A DNA stretch of 64,000 nucleotides from an uncultured Chloroflexia bacterium (lineage in GTDB: Bacteria > Chloroflexota > Chloroflexia > QHBQ01 > JADMIH01), in NCBI GenBank assembly GCA_963797095.1, contig CAWCNY010000006.1, positions 544,001 to 608,000 on the forward strand, given 5' to 3'. Both the position numbers and the translations under genes were made by a program. This document shows positions 32,101 through 41,645 of the stretch, piece by piece (position 1 is the first letter of the stretch; each line of letters opens with the position of its first letter). The notes beneath the pieces are model-generated. The model did no database searches. It was not told the DNA's origin and saw only the letters and a program-made list of their open reading frames with translations.

Positions 32101-32367
32101 ATCGCGGGCCATATCGAGCGTCTGCACAACCTTCTCAGGCTCGACCTCCTTCTCCAGAAAGAGATTGACCCCCATCGGATTCACATCGGCCAGGGGCACT
32201 GGTGGAGTGTCGTGCCCCCAGGTAACGCCTCCGTTCACATAGTTGTCGGTGAACGAAGCCAGCGCCAGCCCGCCCACCGACGCCGCGAGCAGCAGGCAGG
32301 CGAATATGACCCTTGCTATCGGGTTGTTGGAGATATCGGAGATGAGGGTGCGAACGTGGCGCATCAC
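29140..32367 (-). CDS. Fusion of a clan GH-A glycoside hydrolase (GH39/GH5-like) and an O-antigen ligase-like domain
   Basis: N-terminal YQIWNEPNL and VWISEYAW. C-terminal HPNNLALYL, TYSRGAW, RLDIW...DHPVFGIGLDQF, HPHN and HGLVDN. One continuous 1075-aa frame. Confidence 0.88.
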   Translation of the reverse strand: MMRHVRTLISDISNNPIARVIFACLLLAASVGGLALASFTDNYVNGGVTWGHDTPPVPLADVNPMGVNLFLEKEVEPEKVVQTLDMARDAGFTWIRQGFAWNDIEISAKGDFTDTRNPGKVVSSWDKYDFIVDQAVAHGMTIMARLDSPPNWARMPGDDLEQFRKGPPDNNSDFGDFAAAVASRYKGKIKYYQIWNEPNLYGEWGGHPVNAEQYVALLKVAHDRIKEVDPGAVIISAALAPTTEDSAANRNDILFLEDMYSDGAAPYFDVMSTMLYGLGQPPDDRRMDFKRLSFSRSVLLHDVMVKNGDVNKPVWISEYAWISYPPDLHQQLNLSPEEWNAFQAKNIWGHSVDEETQGRYLVEGYERARDEWPWMGVMFVWNLRNPDADPLEPATYFSILRQDFTPRSAYYALQDYSKVVPGAPTPQDRPFLNTMGFILFYGVFGLLALASFAYLGTGAAAWAQAALDMPRGRYSPQVRELARNGAAVVGMVGLFLVYYKAESLPLIGVALAGYLAIAVFKPEVALALVAVAIPFFWYPKEYGSLHFPSAETLLLLAFAALVARRSIAFMFPNVWARVTVSPARQNAAIPATDVQVAPTVPAEARQDAKATKPLPVLGNPAPPDLEMTESELQPAHWPARPKKLIGELAKPIAVNWPENNNGRNMIKKRPPLTRTVEIEDHVSHTTYHEQSGFRKWVRQDAFAFPAVVLLVLGAFSLLTLANQQFAPDSARAYRWEIIEPVLFYFLLTDIITTRRALLRVLDFFVAAGVFVSFVGLWQYFGSGNTLDVEGVSRVMGVYEHPNNLALYLDRVSPFAACLALFIPWGWRRVLYGLACLPLFATIFLTYSRGAWGAVVVALVVGVSVGLRWPLGGIFDRVTTFFRRWLVGVAVAGVVAAIAILILFPSLPGRIFSPTSGVKRLDIWRSALLMGRDHPVFGIGLDQFLNQFQAKDPYGQWLYIVPSQENELYTSHPHNIVLDWWLSLGIIGLFVLVWLLWRYCGEAILLARRSAQRGATDPVLRAIVVGLIASMTAFLVHGLVDNSYFLMDLALIFWLSCGVLQLSRMLYQQKHPEKAI

Positions 32368-34469
32368 CGCCCGGCAGCCGCCGTTTCCGGCGCAGGAGGC
32401 GGCTTACGCAGGGACCTGATGAGATAGACGCACCCGGCCAGCAACACCAGCGTCAGCAAACCAAAAACGATATAAGAGCGATTGGCTTGGACCGTGAGGA
32501 TGCCTATGCCCGGCAGGTCGGGACGCTGGACGACCGGCGCGTAAGTGCGCCCGCTTATCACATCCTGCTCGCCTGCCGGGTTTGCTGCCACCTTGATCGT
32601 GAGAGTGTGCTGGCCTGTGTGTAGCTCCGAGTTAAGCCCCCGCGCCAGCACCACATCGGTCGGTTTGCCCACCGAAGGCACGTCTATATAAGCTGCCCCT
32701 ATAGCATCGCGGGGCAATTCCGAAGACACCATGCGAGACGACCCATCTATGGTGATATAGTATCGCGCTGCCACCAACTGTGTATCGGTTATCGTGCCCG
32801 AAGCACCGGGCGGCACAAGTTGCAGCTTTACGTCCGTACCTGTGAATTGCATACTGAGCGATATTCCGAGGGCGGATGGCGTCAGGTACATACCGCCTTG
32901 CACGTCGCTGCTCAATCCGATGCGCCAGCGGGCGTCGGCGCTGACGGGCGCGGACAGCGGCCCCCACGTGCCGGGCATCGCCACGCGGTCCTCTGTAGTG
33001 GCCGACGCCTGTATCTTCAAGTAAGCGGGCTGGCGAACGAAATCGGGGTCCACCAGCATGAAATAATAGTCGCTCTGAGTGTTCGGGATATCGCCCACCT
33101 GCCTCAGATACCAAATAGTGAATACGCCCGCCCAGGGCCAGTTTTGGCGCGCGTATTCAATGCCCCGCACCGTGTAATCGCCCTGCTGTTCGGGCGTTAC
33201 GCTCCCCCATGGCTGGTTCGTTATCTCAGAGGGCGATGCGTTCCACCCGTATTCATTGAACCACACCGACTTGTTCTCGTCACCGTTCTTCACCATCACA
33301 TCATGCAACAATTCAACGCGCCGGAAGTTCAGCGTGTCGCGTGAAGGCGGGTCTTCAGGTGGTTCGCTCTTGCCGTAAGCGTTGGCCGACATTGCATCGA
33401 AGTATTGCCCTGCGCCCGCGTCATACATCCCTTGCAAATAATCTAGCTCATTCAGATTGCCCGCGTAGTCCAGATTCTCCTTGTTGGTAGCGAGAGGAGA
33501 GGCGAGCACTATGATATCGGGGTTGGCATTCTTGGCTGCTTCGTATGCTACCTTCAGCAAATTGGTGTACTCTGCCGGGTTGACCGCCTTGCCTGTGGCC
33601 CACTCCGCCCTCAAGTTAGGCTCGTTCCACACCTGGATAGCAGCCACCGTACCCCGGTAGCGCTTCACGAACGTATCGATGAAATTGGCGAAGTCGGCCA
33701 TGTGGTCGGCGGATGGCGGGGCCTTGGGGTCCGCATTATCGGGGTGCGACCACAGGGGCGCGCTGTCAATGCGTGCGATAATGCGCAGGTTATGGGCCTG
33801 CGCCCGCGCCACGATATCATCGAACTTGGCCCATGCGTTCTGGTTGTTCTTCACGTCCCAGTAGGGGCGCTGCGGGTCGGTCCTGTACTCGATTTCGGCC
33901 CAGGGGAACTGCTGCTTGATCCACCCGACGCCCAGGTCCTGCGCTTCTTGCAGGGTGCGCTCCTTTTTGAAGCTCTCTACCTCCTTATGCAGGAATGTAT
34001 TCACCCCGTAAGGCTGCACCTCGGCAAGCGGGATGGGGCTGATGGCGCGGGGTGTGGCGTTTGCCGGGCCGTCGGTGAAAGGCGATAGCCAGGCGGTCTC
34101 GGCCACAAGCAAGACCAGCAGCAGAAATATCGCCAGCCTCAGCAACCTACGGCGACGCGTGGTGCGCTGCTGTATATACTCGCCGGTGCTGGGAAGGGCA
34201 GGGGCAATCGGGAGGCCCGCCACGCTGAGTAGAGCCGGGTCCTCCGCCATGATAATAGGGTATTCGTCATGCTGCGCGCCGTTAGGGCTGCCTGTTGGGG
34301 CCTTCTGTGGTGAGTTGGGCGCAGCGACGGATGATGCGGGGCGGTTCGAGGAGGTGCGAGAAGGGGAGGTGTTATCAGGCTGGGGCGAGTTACCACCCTC
34401 CCCACGCGTGCCTACGCGGCTTGTGCCGCGATCGACCGATCCGCTCCGCCGAGCGGTCCCTTTTGTCAA
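32364..34469 (-). CDS. Membrane-anchored clan GH-A glycoside hydrolase (GH39/GH5-like)
   Basis: IQVWNEPNL and VWFNEYGW, N- and C-terminal TMs, TTG start at 34469 after GGAGG. Confidence 0.85.
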   Translation of the reverse strand: MTKGTARRSGSVDRGTSRVGTRGEGGNSPQPDNTSPSRTSSNRPASSVAAPNSPQKAPTGSPNGAQHDEYPIIMAEDPALLSVAGLPIAPALPSTGEYIQQRTTRRRRLLRLAIFLLLVLLVAETAWLSPFTDGPANATPRAISPIPLAEVQPYGVNTFLHKEVESFKKERTLQEAQDLGVGWIKQQFPWAEIEYRTDPQRPYWDVKNNQNAWAKFDDIVARAQAHNLRIIARIDSAPLWSHPDNADPKAPPSADHMADFANFIDTFVKRYRGTVAAIQVWNEPNLRAEWATGKAVNPAEYTNLLKVAYEAAKNANPDIIVLASPLATNKENLDYAGNLNELDYLQGMYDAGAGQYFDAMSANAYGKSEPPEDPPSRDTLNFRRVELLHDVMVKNGDENKSVWFNEYGWNASPSEITNQPWGSVTPEQQGDYTVRGIEYARQNWPWAGVFTIWYLRQVGDIPNTQSDYYFMLVDPDFVRQPAYLKIQASATTEDRVAMPGTWGPLSAPVSADARWRIGLSSDVQGGMYLTPSALGISLSMQFTGTDVKLQLVPPGASGTITDTQLVAARYYITIDGSSRMVSSELPRDAIGAAYIDVPSVGKPTDVVLARGLNSELHTGQHTLTIKVAANPAGEQDVISGRTYAPVVQRPDLPGIGILTVQANRSYIVFGLLTLVLLAGCVYLIRSLRKPPPAPETAAAGR

Positions 34470-34831
34470 GTTAGATGTTCCTCCTGGCCTGGTGCCCTTG
34501 CCACTGCTTACCGGCGCGCTGCTGACACCTCGAAACGTTATTCGCGTTATATTTCGAGGTGCCTTTGATTCGCGGACCGGTACGTGCTTAAAGCACATTA
34601 TACACATAGATTTCAATGCGGGCAACCAAAACGAGGATTGTTGTGTTATAATACGCTGGCTAATTCGGGCGGCTCTGCGTGGCAAGTGTGGTGTTCGTGC
34701 ATAACCTGCACCGGTGGCGCATCCCCATGATAAGACGTTCACCGAGTATAAAGGTTCCAAAACCGGAGACTGCCGCGCTCGCGGATGCCGCGTAAGTCCG
34801 GCGCTTGAGATAGGCCCCAGGATCAACACCG

Positions 34832-36418
34832 ATGCAAGCCCACGAGTATCAGCCGGCAACCGACAATCCCGCCGGGCATGAAATGGCGGAAAAGAGCGAA
34901 AGAGTAGAGAGCATAGGCGGTGGCAGGCACCTTACCCTGCTCGGCACAGCCGATGAGCGAGCCAGCAGGGCGCGCAGGGTGCGCTATGCCCTGATCACAG
35001 CCAGGGTTTGCGCCGACGGCGCGCTCCTCGTCGCAGCCTTCATAATCGCCTACTGGCTGCGCTATGGCCTTGAGCTTGGCAACGATGTCGCCCCAGAATC
35101 GTTCCGCCCCCTGTCATCCTTCAGTATCTATATCCTATCGTTTGTCGCGATCACCCTCCTGACATTTCAGATGCGCGGCCTTTATGCCCTGCCACGGGGC
35201 GCGTCCTGGTTGGACCACCTTCGCATCATTACCAGCGGCTCTATCATCGGCGTATCTGCGTTGACGCTTGGCGCTCTCCTTTTCAACCCGGTACTGCCCA
35301 GCCGCATGCTTTTCATATTCCTGGGCATCTCCGCCCTGGCCCTCTTCGCCCTGGAGCGTGCCGGTTACCGTTCATTCAGGATGTGGCTCTGGCGGCACGG
35401 GATCAACGTCAGGCGCACCATTGTAGTGGGCGCAGGGGCGGCGGGCCAGCGCATCATGAAGGATATCGTCGAGCGTCCTGAGCTTGGCTACAAACTGTCG
35501 GGCTACGTGGCCGACCAGACCGACGCGCCTGCACGTGAGTGGCGTATTCCCATCAGGCCGCGAAACGGCGAGCTAAAGAAGCTTGGCGGTATCAAAGATG
35601 TGCGCCGCATACTTGAGAATCAGGCTCCGCACGAGGTGATTGTGGCGCTGCCTGCCACCCACCACTCGCAGATACTGGCGATAATAGATAATTGCCGCGA
35701 GTACGGGGTCGATTTCAAGCTCGTGCCTGACCTCTTCGAGATGCGCATCAATGAAGTGAGGATCGACGCCCTCAATGGCGTGCCTTTGATCGGCGTGAAG
35801 GATGTGGCCCTGCGCGGCTTCAACCTCCTTGTGAAGCGCGTCATTGATCTGGCGCTGGCTTTGGTGGGATTGGTACTGGCCGTCCTGCCGATGCTGGTGA
35901 TTGCGCTGCTGGTGAAGCTAACCTCGCGTGGCCCGGTCCTTTTCAAGCAGTTGCGCGTGGGTAAAGGCGGCAACCTCTTCGTCTGCTACAAGTTCCGCTC
36001 CATGTACGAGGATGCCGAAGAGAAGAAGGCCGACCTTCTGCCCCACAACGAGGTGGACGGTCCAATGTTCAAAATCAGGAACGACCCTCGCCGCACCCCC
36101 TTCGGCAGGGTCTTGCGCCGTAGCTCCCTCGATGAGCTACCTCAGCTATTCAACATCCTGAAAGGCGAAATGAGCCTGGTAGGTCCGCGCCCGCCCACCC
36201 CCGACGAAGCCGCCAAGTACGACGATTGGCACCGCAAGCGCCTCGACGTAACCCCCGGCCTCACCGGCCTCTGGCAGGTAAGCGGTCGCTCCGACCTCTC
36301 CTTCGACGAGATGGTCAAACTCGACCTCTACTACGCCGAGAACTGGTCCCCCGCCATGGACCTCCGCATCATCCTCAAAACAATCCCATCCTGGGTCAAA
36401 GGCGAAGGTGCCTATTAG
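34832..36418 (+). CDS. Polyprenyl-phosphate glycosylphosphotransferase (WcaJ/WbaP-type priming transferase)
   Basis: KRVIDL, YKFRSM, NDPR.T..GR.LR.SSLDELPQL, MSLVGPRP and PGLTGLWQVSGRS motifs. Confidence 0.95.
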   Translation: MQAHEYQPATDNPAGHEMAEKSERVESIGGGRHLTLLGTADERASRARRVRYALITARVCADGALLVAAFIIAYWLRYGLELGNDVAPESFRPLSSFSIYILSFVAITLLTFQMRGLYALPRGASWLDHLRIITSGSIIGVSALTLGALLFNPVLPSRMLFIFLGISALALFALERAGYRSFRMWLWRHGINVRRTIVVGAGAAGQRIMKDIVERPELGYKLSGYVADQTDAPAREWRIPIRPRNGELKKLGGIKDVRRILENQAPHEVIVALPATHHSQILAIIDNCREYGVDFKLVPDLFEMRINEVRIDALNGVPLIGVKDVALRGFNLLVKRVIDLALALVGLVLAVLPMLVIALLVKLTSRGPVLFKQLRVGKGGNLFVCYKFRSMYEDAEEKKADLLPHNEVDGPMFKIRNDPRRTPFGRVLRRSSLDELPQLFNILKGEMSLVGPRPPTPDEAAKYDDWHRKRLDVTPGLTGLWQVSGRSDLSFDEMVKLDLYYAENWSPAMDLRIILKTIPSWVKGEGAY

Positions 36419-36474
36419 CTTCGCTGACGAACGACGAAGATAGTACTCAGTAAGCAATACAGAATAGTCGCCCC

Positions 36475-36837
36475 TCACTCCCCAAACGGCACCACAGGAT
36501 CGGGGTTGATATAAATCTCCCCGTTCTCCACCTTCACCTCGTACTTCCCTGCATTCCCCGTCGCGGGCAGCGATACCGCCTCTCCCGTCGTCACGTCGAA
36601 CTGCGACCCGTGTAGTGGGCACTCCACCACCCACCCCCGCATATCCTCGTAAAACTCCCCCTCTGAAAGGGAAGTCTCCGCGTGCGTGCAAACATCCCCG
36701 ATAGCGTAAAACTGCCCATCTATATTGAAAATATCTATATCCAGCCCCTCCACCGCCACCAACATACAACTGCCCGGCTCAATATCGTCCGCATCGGCAA
36801 CTTTCACCCACCGGGCCTCTTTAGTACTGCTCATCAT
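36475..36837 (-). CDS. Rieske 2Fe-2S ferredoxin
   Basis: CTH...CPLHGSQFD. Confidence 0.92.
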   Translation of the reverse strand: MMSSTKEARWVKVADADDIEPGSCMLVAVEGLDIDIFNIDGQFYAIGDVCTHAETSLSEGEFYEDMRGWVVECPLHGSQFDVTTGEAVSLPATGNAGKYEVKVENGEIYINPDPVVPFGE

Positions 36838-36892
36838 TCCCTCGCTCTTGTATTAGGTATCATCCTTCAATTATACCATCTCCCCAACTCCA

Positions 36893-36960
36893 CCTTAAAA
36901 CTACCCGAAAGTACACCCCAAAACCTGTCCCGTTTCCACCCACCAATGTCATTAATTAAT
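36893..36960 (+). repeat. Dispersed intergenic element, copy 2
   Basis: Matches the reverse complement of 1441-1505. Confidence 0.8.
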
Positions 36961-37050
36961 ATGGGAGGAGTCTAACTCCTTCCACCCGAATCGCCTCCAG
37001 GATCCCACAAAAAAGATCAAAACATACTCAGCTGGGTACGTTTTCCTCAT

Positions 37051-37085
37051 AAACAAAGGAGGCAGACGCTTTCACGCCTACCTCC
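37051..37085 (-). terminator. Intrinsic terminator on the minus strand
   Basis: GGAGGUAGGCG-ugaaag-CGUCUGCCUCC-UUUGUUU. Confidence 0.7.
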
Positions 37086-37488
37086 TCTGCGCTTCGGGAA
37101 AGTGCTATCTCAAGGCTCTGCGCCGCAGCAGAAACGCGCCGGTGAGCATCGCAACAATTGCAAAGATATGTATCGAAATTCAAAGCATACAGTTACCCGC
37201 TCAAGGGTATACGACCGATACCCGGCTGTCGCAGGCAAACCGCTCCCATTTTGGTACATGGATTTTAACGCAAGATAAACAAAAACATCATAGCTGTTAA
37301 CAACCGTTAAGCTGGCACCCTATCTGGAACATTCGCCCGCACTGCCCGCCAACAAGGATCAACATCCGGCACGCGCCCTGAAGCTACCCGGTTACGAACC
37401 AATCAAAGCAAACAACTGTATCAGTTAATGGATATAAAAAGGAGAAGCACCCTGAAATCTAATCCGCGAAAAGTGTCGCATACCATCA

Positions 37489-39969
37489 ATGCACCCCGTC
37501 CCCAGGCCCTCATTCTCTGACCCTTCCGTGCAGCCACCAGCCCCGGAAGACAACTCACGCACGCTCCCGGCACCTCTTACCTTGCTCGTAGGAAGAGAGG
37601 CTGAAGCGCGTACCGCCTGCACCCTGCTGCTGGGGTCCGATACCCGCCTGCTCACTGTGACCGGTCCGCCCGGCATCGGCAAGACTCAACTCGCCTTGCG
37701 CATCGCCCAACTAATGGAAGGCCGCTTCCCCGACGGCGTTTACTACGTCCCGCTCGCGAACATTGCCGAGCCTGAGATGGTAGTCCCCTGCATAGCGCGC
37801 GCTCTTGGATTGGACGACATGGACGAGCGCACCGGCTTCGCCAGGCTGAAGGAACACTTGCAGGGTATGCAGTCACTCCTGGTGTTGGACAATTTCGAGC
37901 AGGTGGACAAAGCAGCGGCGGCGGTGGCCGGCCTGATGGAGGGCGCGCCGGGGGTGCGTGTGCTGGCGACCAGCCGTACCCTGCTCGATATCTATGGCGA
38001 GCGGACGCTGCCCGTGTCCGCGCTCTCTTTACCACGACCAGGCGACGAGGGCGACCTCCTGAAACTGGCTCAGTACGAATCGGTAGCGCTCTTCGTTGCG
38101 CGGGCCGTGGCAGCGCGACCCGACTTCACACTGAGCGAAACGAACGCTAGCGCTGTGGCCGAAATATGCAGGTTGCTGGAGGGTGTGCCGCTGGCTTTAG
38201 AGCTTGCGGCGGCTCGTATACGTGCTTCCACTTCCCATGCAGTCCTGGAGAGATTGCGGTCTCAGCCTCTCCATTTCCTGAAGGGTGGAGCGCATAACGC
38301 CCCTCTGCGCCAGCAGACCCTGCGCGAAGCGATAGGTTGGAGCTACAATCTGCTAAACGCCGGTGAACAGCAGGCGCTGCGGCGGCTCGCCGTATTCGTG
38401 GGTGGCTGCACACTCGAAGGAGCCACCGCCATCCTGGGTGACGAATCGATCTCCCATCCACAGACCTCGAACTCGGAGATCGTGCTTGAGTTGCTGGAGT
38501 CGCTGGTGGCTAAGAGCCTGTTGTCGGTGGAAGATGTGGGAGCTGAGACGCGCTTCAATATGCTGCATACCATCCGCGAATACGCGCTGGAGAGGTTGGA
38601 GCACGAGAACGCGGGCGAAGCGGAGGCAGTACGGCTGGCGCATGTTGCCTATTTTGTGGCGATGGCCGAAAGCGCCAAACACGGCCTGTACAGCGCCGAG
38701 CAAGCACACTGGCTTGATCTCCTGGAGCTTGAGCATGACAACATTCGGGCGGCCTTGAGATGGTTGCTGCTTCAAGGAAGCAATGATTCCGAGGAAGCGC
38801 GGCGTTCCGCAATCGAGATGGGGCTGCGAATAGCTCAATCGTTGTGGCTCTTCTGGGAGATTAGAGGGTACTTGAGCGAGGGGTATAGATGGCTTCTGCC
38901 CTTGCTGGAGAACGAGGCGTCGAAGGATTACCCTGCCTTGCGGGCGAAGGCTCTGGTAGTAGCCGGGCGGTTGGCGCTTATCATGGGTGATCTAATGGCT
39001 GCCCGGCGCTTGTATGCAGAGAGCCTGGAACTGAGCCGCTCATGCTCCGATCCTATAAGTGCAAGTTTCGCACTGACCGCGATGGGCCACCTGGCCGTAT
39101 TTGTGGGTGATATTGAAGAAGCAGAGCCTCTATACAGGGAAAGCCTGGCTGTGCGTCGTAAGTTGGGTGAGACCCGCTGGGTGATCCATTCGCTCGTCAG
39201 CCTGGGCGACCTGTGCAGCTTTACCGGAAGGTATGAGGAAGCGGTGCGCCTGTTTAGCGAAAGCCTGTCGTTGGCGGAGGAGAGAGGCGACAAGAACGCG
39301 GTCGGTCGCTTGTGCATCGCCAGGGGCCACCTGCTGAGCCGCCAGGGCAATCACGCAGCAGCCGAAGCGCTTTACCGTGAGGGCATCGCCCGGTTCTCGG
39401 AGTTGAAGAGCAGGCAAGGGAAAGCGGAGTGTGTGGCCGGTCTGGCGGAAATTGCATACAGGCGTAGAAGCTTGGAAGAGGCCGCTATCTTATTGGGATG
39501 GGTCTATTCTGTGTTTCATTCCGTAGGATTGCGCTGGGATCTGACCTTCCATAACGAATGCGAGGCTATTGTGGCCGATCTGAAGATGATATTGGGAGCC
39601 GACGAATTCGCCCGCCTGGAGGCGCAAGGGGTTGCTATGGATGACGACAATATTGTGTCCATTTACGACGGCGATGGCGCAGGTCCTCAGACCGCTGGGG
39701 TTGCGGTAGAGGTGCCTGCCCGGCCGGAAGAAAGGATGCCTATCCCGATCACGCTGGCCCAGCAGAGGGCCAACCCCTGGGGTCTGACGCTACGGGAGAT
39801 GGAGGTGCTCAGGCTGGTGGCCGCGGGCATGACCAACGCCGAAGCTGCCGAGCGTCTGATAGTCAGCCCGCACACAGTCAACATGCACCTCCGCTCGATC
39901 TATATCAAGCTGGGCGTGTCCAACCGCAGCGCCGCTACGCGGTACGCCGTGGAGAGGAATATTGTGTGA
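37489..39969 (+). CDS. STAND ATPase-TPR-LuxR HTH transcriptional regulator
   Basis: LVGRE, GPPGIGKT, LDNFEQV, GVPLALELAAAR, TPR repeats and LTLREMEVL...GMTN.E.A..L..S..TV..H. Confidence 0.93.
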   Translation: MHPVPRPSFSDPSVQPPAPEDNSRTLPAPLTLLVGREAEARTACTLLLGSDTRLLTVTGPPGIGKTQLALRIAQLMEGRFPDGVYYVPLANIAEPEMVVPCIARALGLDDMDERTGFARLKEHLQGMQSLLVLDNFEQVDKAAAAVAGLMEGAPGVRVLATSRTLLDIYGERTLPVSALSLPRPGDEGDLLKLAQYESVALFVARAVAARPDFTLSETNASAVAEICRLLEGVPLALELAAARIRASTSHAVLERLRSQPLHFLKGGAHNAPLRQQTLREAIGWSYNLLNAGEQQALRRLAVFVGGCTLEGATAILGDESISHPQTSNSEIVLELLESLVAKSLLSVEDVGAETRFNMLHTIREYALERLEHENAGEAEAVRLAHVAYFVAMAESAKHGLYSAEQAHWLDLLELEHDNIRAALRWLLLQGSNDSEEARRSAIEMGLRIAQSLWLFWEIRGYLSEGYRWLLPLLENEASKDYPALRAKALVVAGRLALIMGDLMAARRLYAESLELSRSCSDPISASFALTAMGHLAVFVGDIEEAEPLYRESLAVRRKLGETRWVIHSLVSLGDLCSFTGRYEEAVRLFSESLSLAEERGDKNAVGRLCIARGHLLSRQGNHAAAEALYREGIARFSELKSRQGKAECVAGLAEIAYRRRSLEEAAILLGWVYSVFHSVGLRWDLTFHNECEAIVADLKMILGADEFARLEAQGVAMDDDNIVSIYDGDGAGPQTAGVAVEVPARPEERMPIPITLAQQRANPWGLTLREMEVLRLVAAGMTNAEAAERLIVSPHTVNMHLRSIYIKLGVSNRSAATRYAVERNIV

Positions 39970-40052
39970 CCTGTAGTCGGTATCCGGTAGTCGGTAGTCG
40001 GAGGGCAATGGCTCATAGACGATGGACGACAGCAGGAACTAGGAACCAGGAA

Positions 40053-41645
40053 CTAGGAACTTGGCCCTTGGAACTTCAAGCTTCCGTCCTTCGTCGCCCA
40101 GGGGAATTGTAGCAGATCGTGCACGTTGCCTTGAACGGCGCTGTGGAAGAAGCGGCGATCCTGGGTGCGGAGGGTTACCGGGAGACCGTCCTTGGGGAAG
40201 GCGAGGATAGTGCCACCTCGGTCTATTTTGTGGCGATAAGGGACTTCCAGCCTCCAGCGCTGGACGATTATGGCTATAGCCAACTTCATTTCCAGCAGGG
40301 CGAAAGTTGCGCCCAGGCAGCGCCGAGCGCCTCCACCAAAGGGGATGTATTCGTAGGTGCCGGGCTGGATCGTCTCCCAGCGGCGTGGATTGAACACCTT
40401 CGGGTCGGGGAAGATGTCGGGGCGGTAGTGGGTGACTGTAGGGCTGAAGATCAGCTGAGTATTGGCCGGTAGAGAGTATTCGCCCAACTCGAAGGGTTTG
40501 ACAGCTGTGCGAAGTATCCACATACCGGGCGGGAACATGCGCAAGCCCTCGTTGACCACGTTTTCGAGCATCGGGAGCGCCCTAAGCTGTTCGAGATTGG
40601 GGGCTTCGCCGTGCAGGGTGCCGTCCAACTCGTCTAGCAAGTCGTTCATTATCTGTGGATGCTGCGACAGAAGGAAGAGGGTCCAGGTAAGGGCGGAGGC
40701 GGTGGTTTCGTGCCCGGCGGTGAAGAGGGTGGAGAGATGCCCCAGGAGGTCGGACTGTGCGAGGCCGCTGCCATCGTCGTGGCGGGCTTCGAGCAGTAAG
40801 GTGAGCGCGTCACCGTCGACTTTGGCCGAAGATGATTCGGCTATAGATTGCCCACCTTCCAACTTTGCGCGCTTGCGCTTGATCACCTGTAGAAGCTCGG
40901 CTTCCAGCTTTTCCGAGAGGACCTTGAAGCTGTGGTAAGGTGAGCCTGGGACATCGTAGGGGAGGAGGGCGACCTGTGGGGTGAGGCCGTGGCGGCTCCA
41001 TTGGTCGAGGAGGCCACGCACGCGCCTGCCTTCGTGTTGGGGATCGAGTCCAAGGAGGCCTACTATAGCGACGGAAAGGGTGAGGTCGAGCATCTCCCGT
41101 GAGAGAATGCGGCGCTCGCCCGGTCGCCAGTTGGCGATGTGGGACTCGACAGATCCTACCATTGCGTCGCGGAGAGCGTCGATGTGCTTTCTGTGGAAGG
41201 CGGGCATCAGGAGGCGGCGGTGCTCTGTATGCTCGTCGTCGTTCATCGAGGCGATGCCTGAAAGAAGGCGGGCTGCGGATGTGCCCTGTGGCATCTTGAT
41301 AAGAGCCTTACCACTGTTGACGTCGAGGCTGTGAAAGATGTCGTTGTTGGTGAGTATATAGCGGTTTAGGTCAGGTGAGAATACCATGATAGGCGCGGAC
41401 TTTTGGGGTCCAAGCGAGACGATATCTCCGTAGGTGCGCCAGAGGCGGATCATGTTGAGAGCGGGGTCGCGGAGCATAGGTAGTACGATGGACCACCATC
41501 CGACGACCGGCATTGATGGCGGTCCCGGTATGTCGCGTTTGTCGTTGGAAGCGAGGGCGGATCGCGTATTGTTGCGGGTTGGGCGTATGAATACGCTCAT
41601 AACCCGCGAGAGAGACAGTTTGCTAGTTGGACATGTGTCCGACAT
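40053..41645 (-). CDS. Cytochrome P450
   Basis: AGHETT, EGLR and FGGGARRCLG motifs. Start position uncertain. Confidence 0.95.
   Translation of the reverse strand: MSDTCPTSKLSLSRVMSVFIRPTRNNTRSALASNDKRDIPGPPSMPVVGWWSIVLPMLRDPALNMIRLWRTYGDIVSLGPQKSAPIMVFSPDLNRYILTNNDIFHSLDVNSGKALIKMPQGTSAARLLSGIASMNDDEHTEHRRLLMPAFHRKHIDALRDAMVGSVESHIANWRPGERRILSREMLDLTLSVAIVGLLGLDPQHEGRRVRGLLDQWSRHGLTPQVALLPYDVPGSPYHSFKVLSEKLEAELLQVIKRKRAKLEGGQSIAESSSAKVDGDALTLLLEARHDDGSGLAQSDLLGHLSTLFTAGHETTASALTWTLFLLSQHPQIMNDLLDELDGTLHGEAPNLEQLRALPMLENVVNEGLRMFPPGMWILRTAVKPFELGEYSLPANTQLIFSPTVTHYRPDIFPDPKVFNPRRWETIQPGTYEYIPFGGGARRCLGATFALLEMKLAIAIIVQRWRLEVPYRHKIDRGGTILAFPKDGLPVTLRTQDRRFFHSAVQGNVHDLLQFPWATKDGSLKFQGPSS

Noticed and set aside
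34470-34859. Extended N-terminus of the 831-aa GH ORF
   Set aside because: It spans the divergent promoter region and overlaps the opposite gene. TTG 34469 has a GGAGG RBS.
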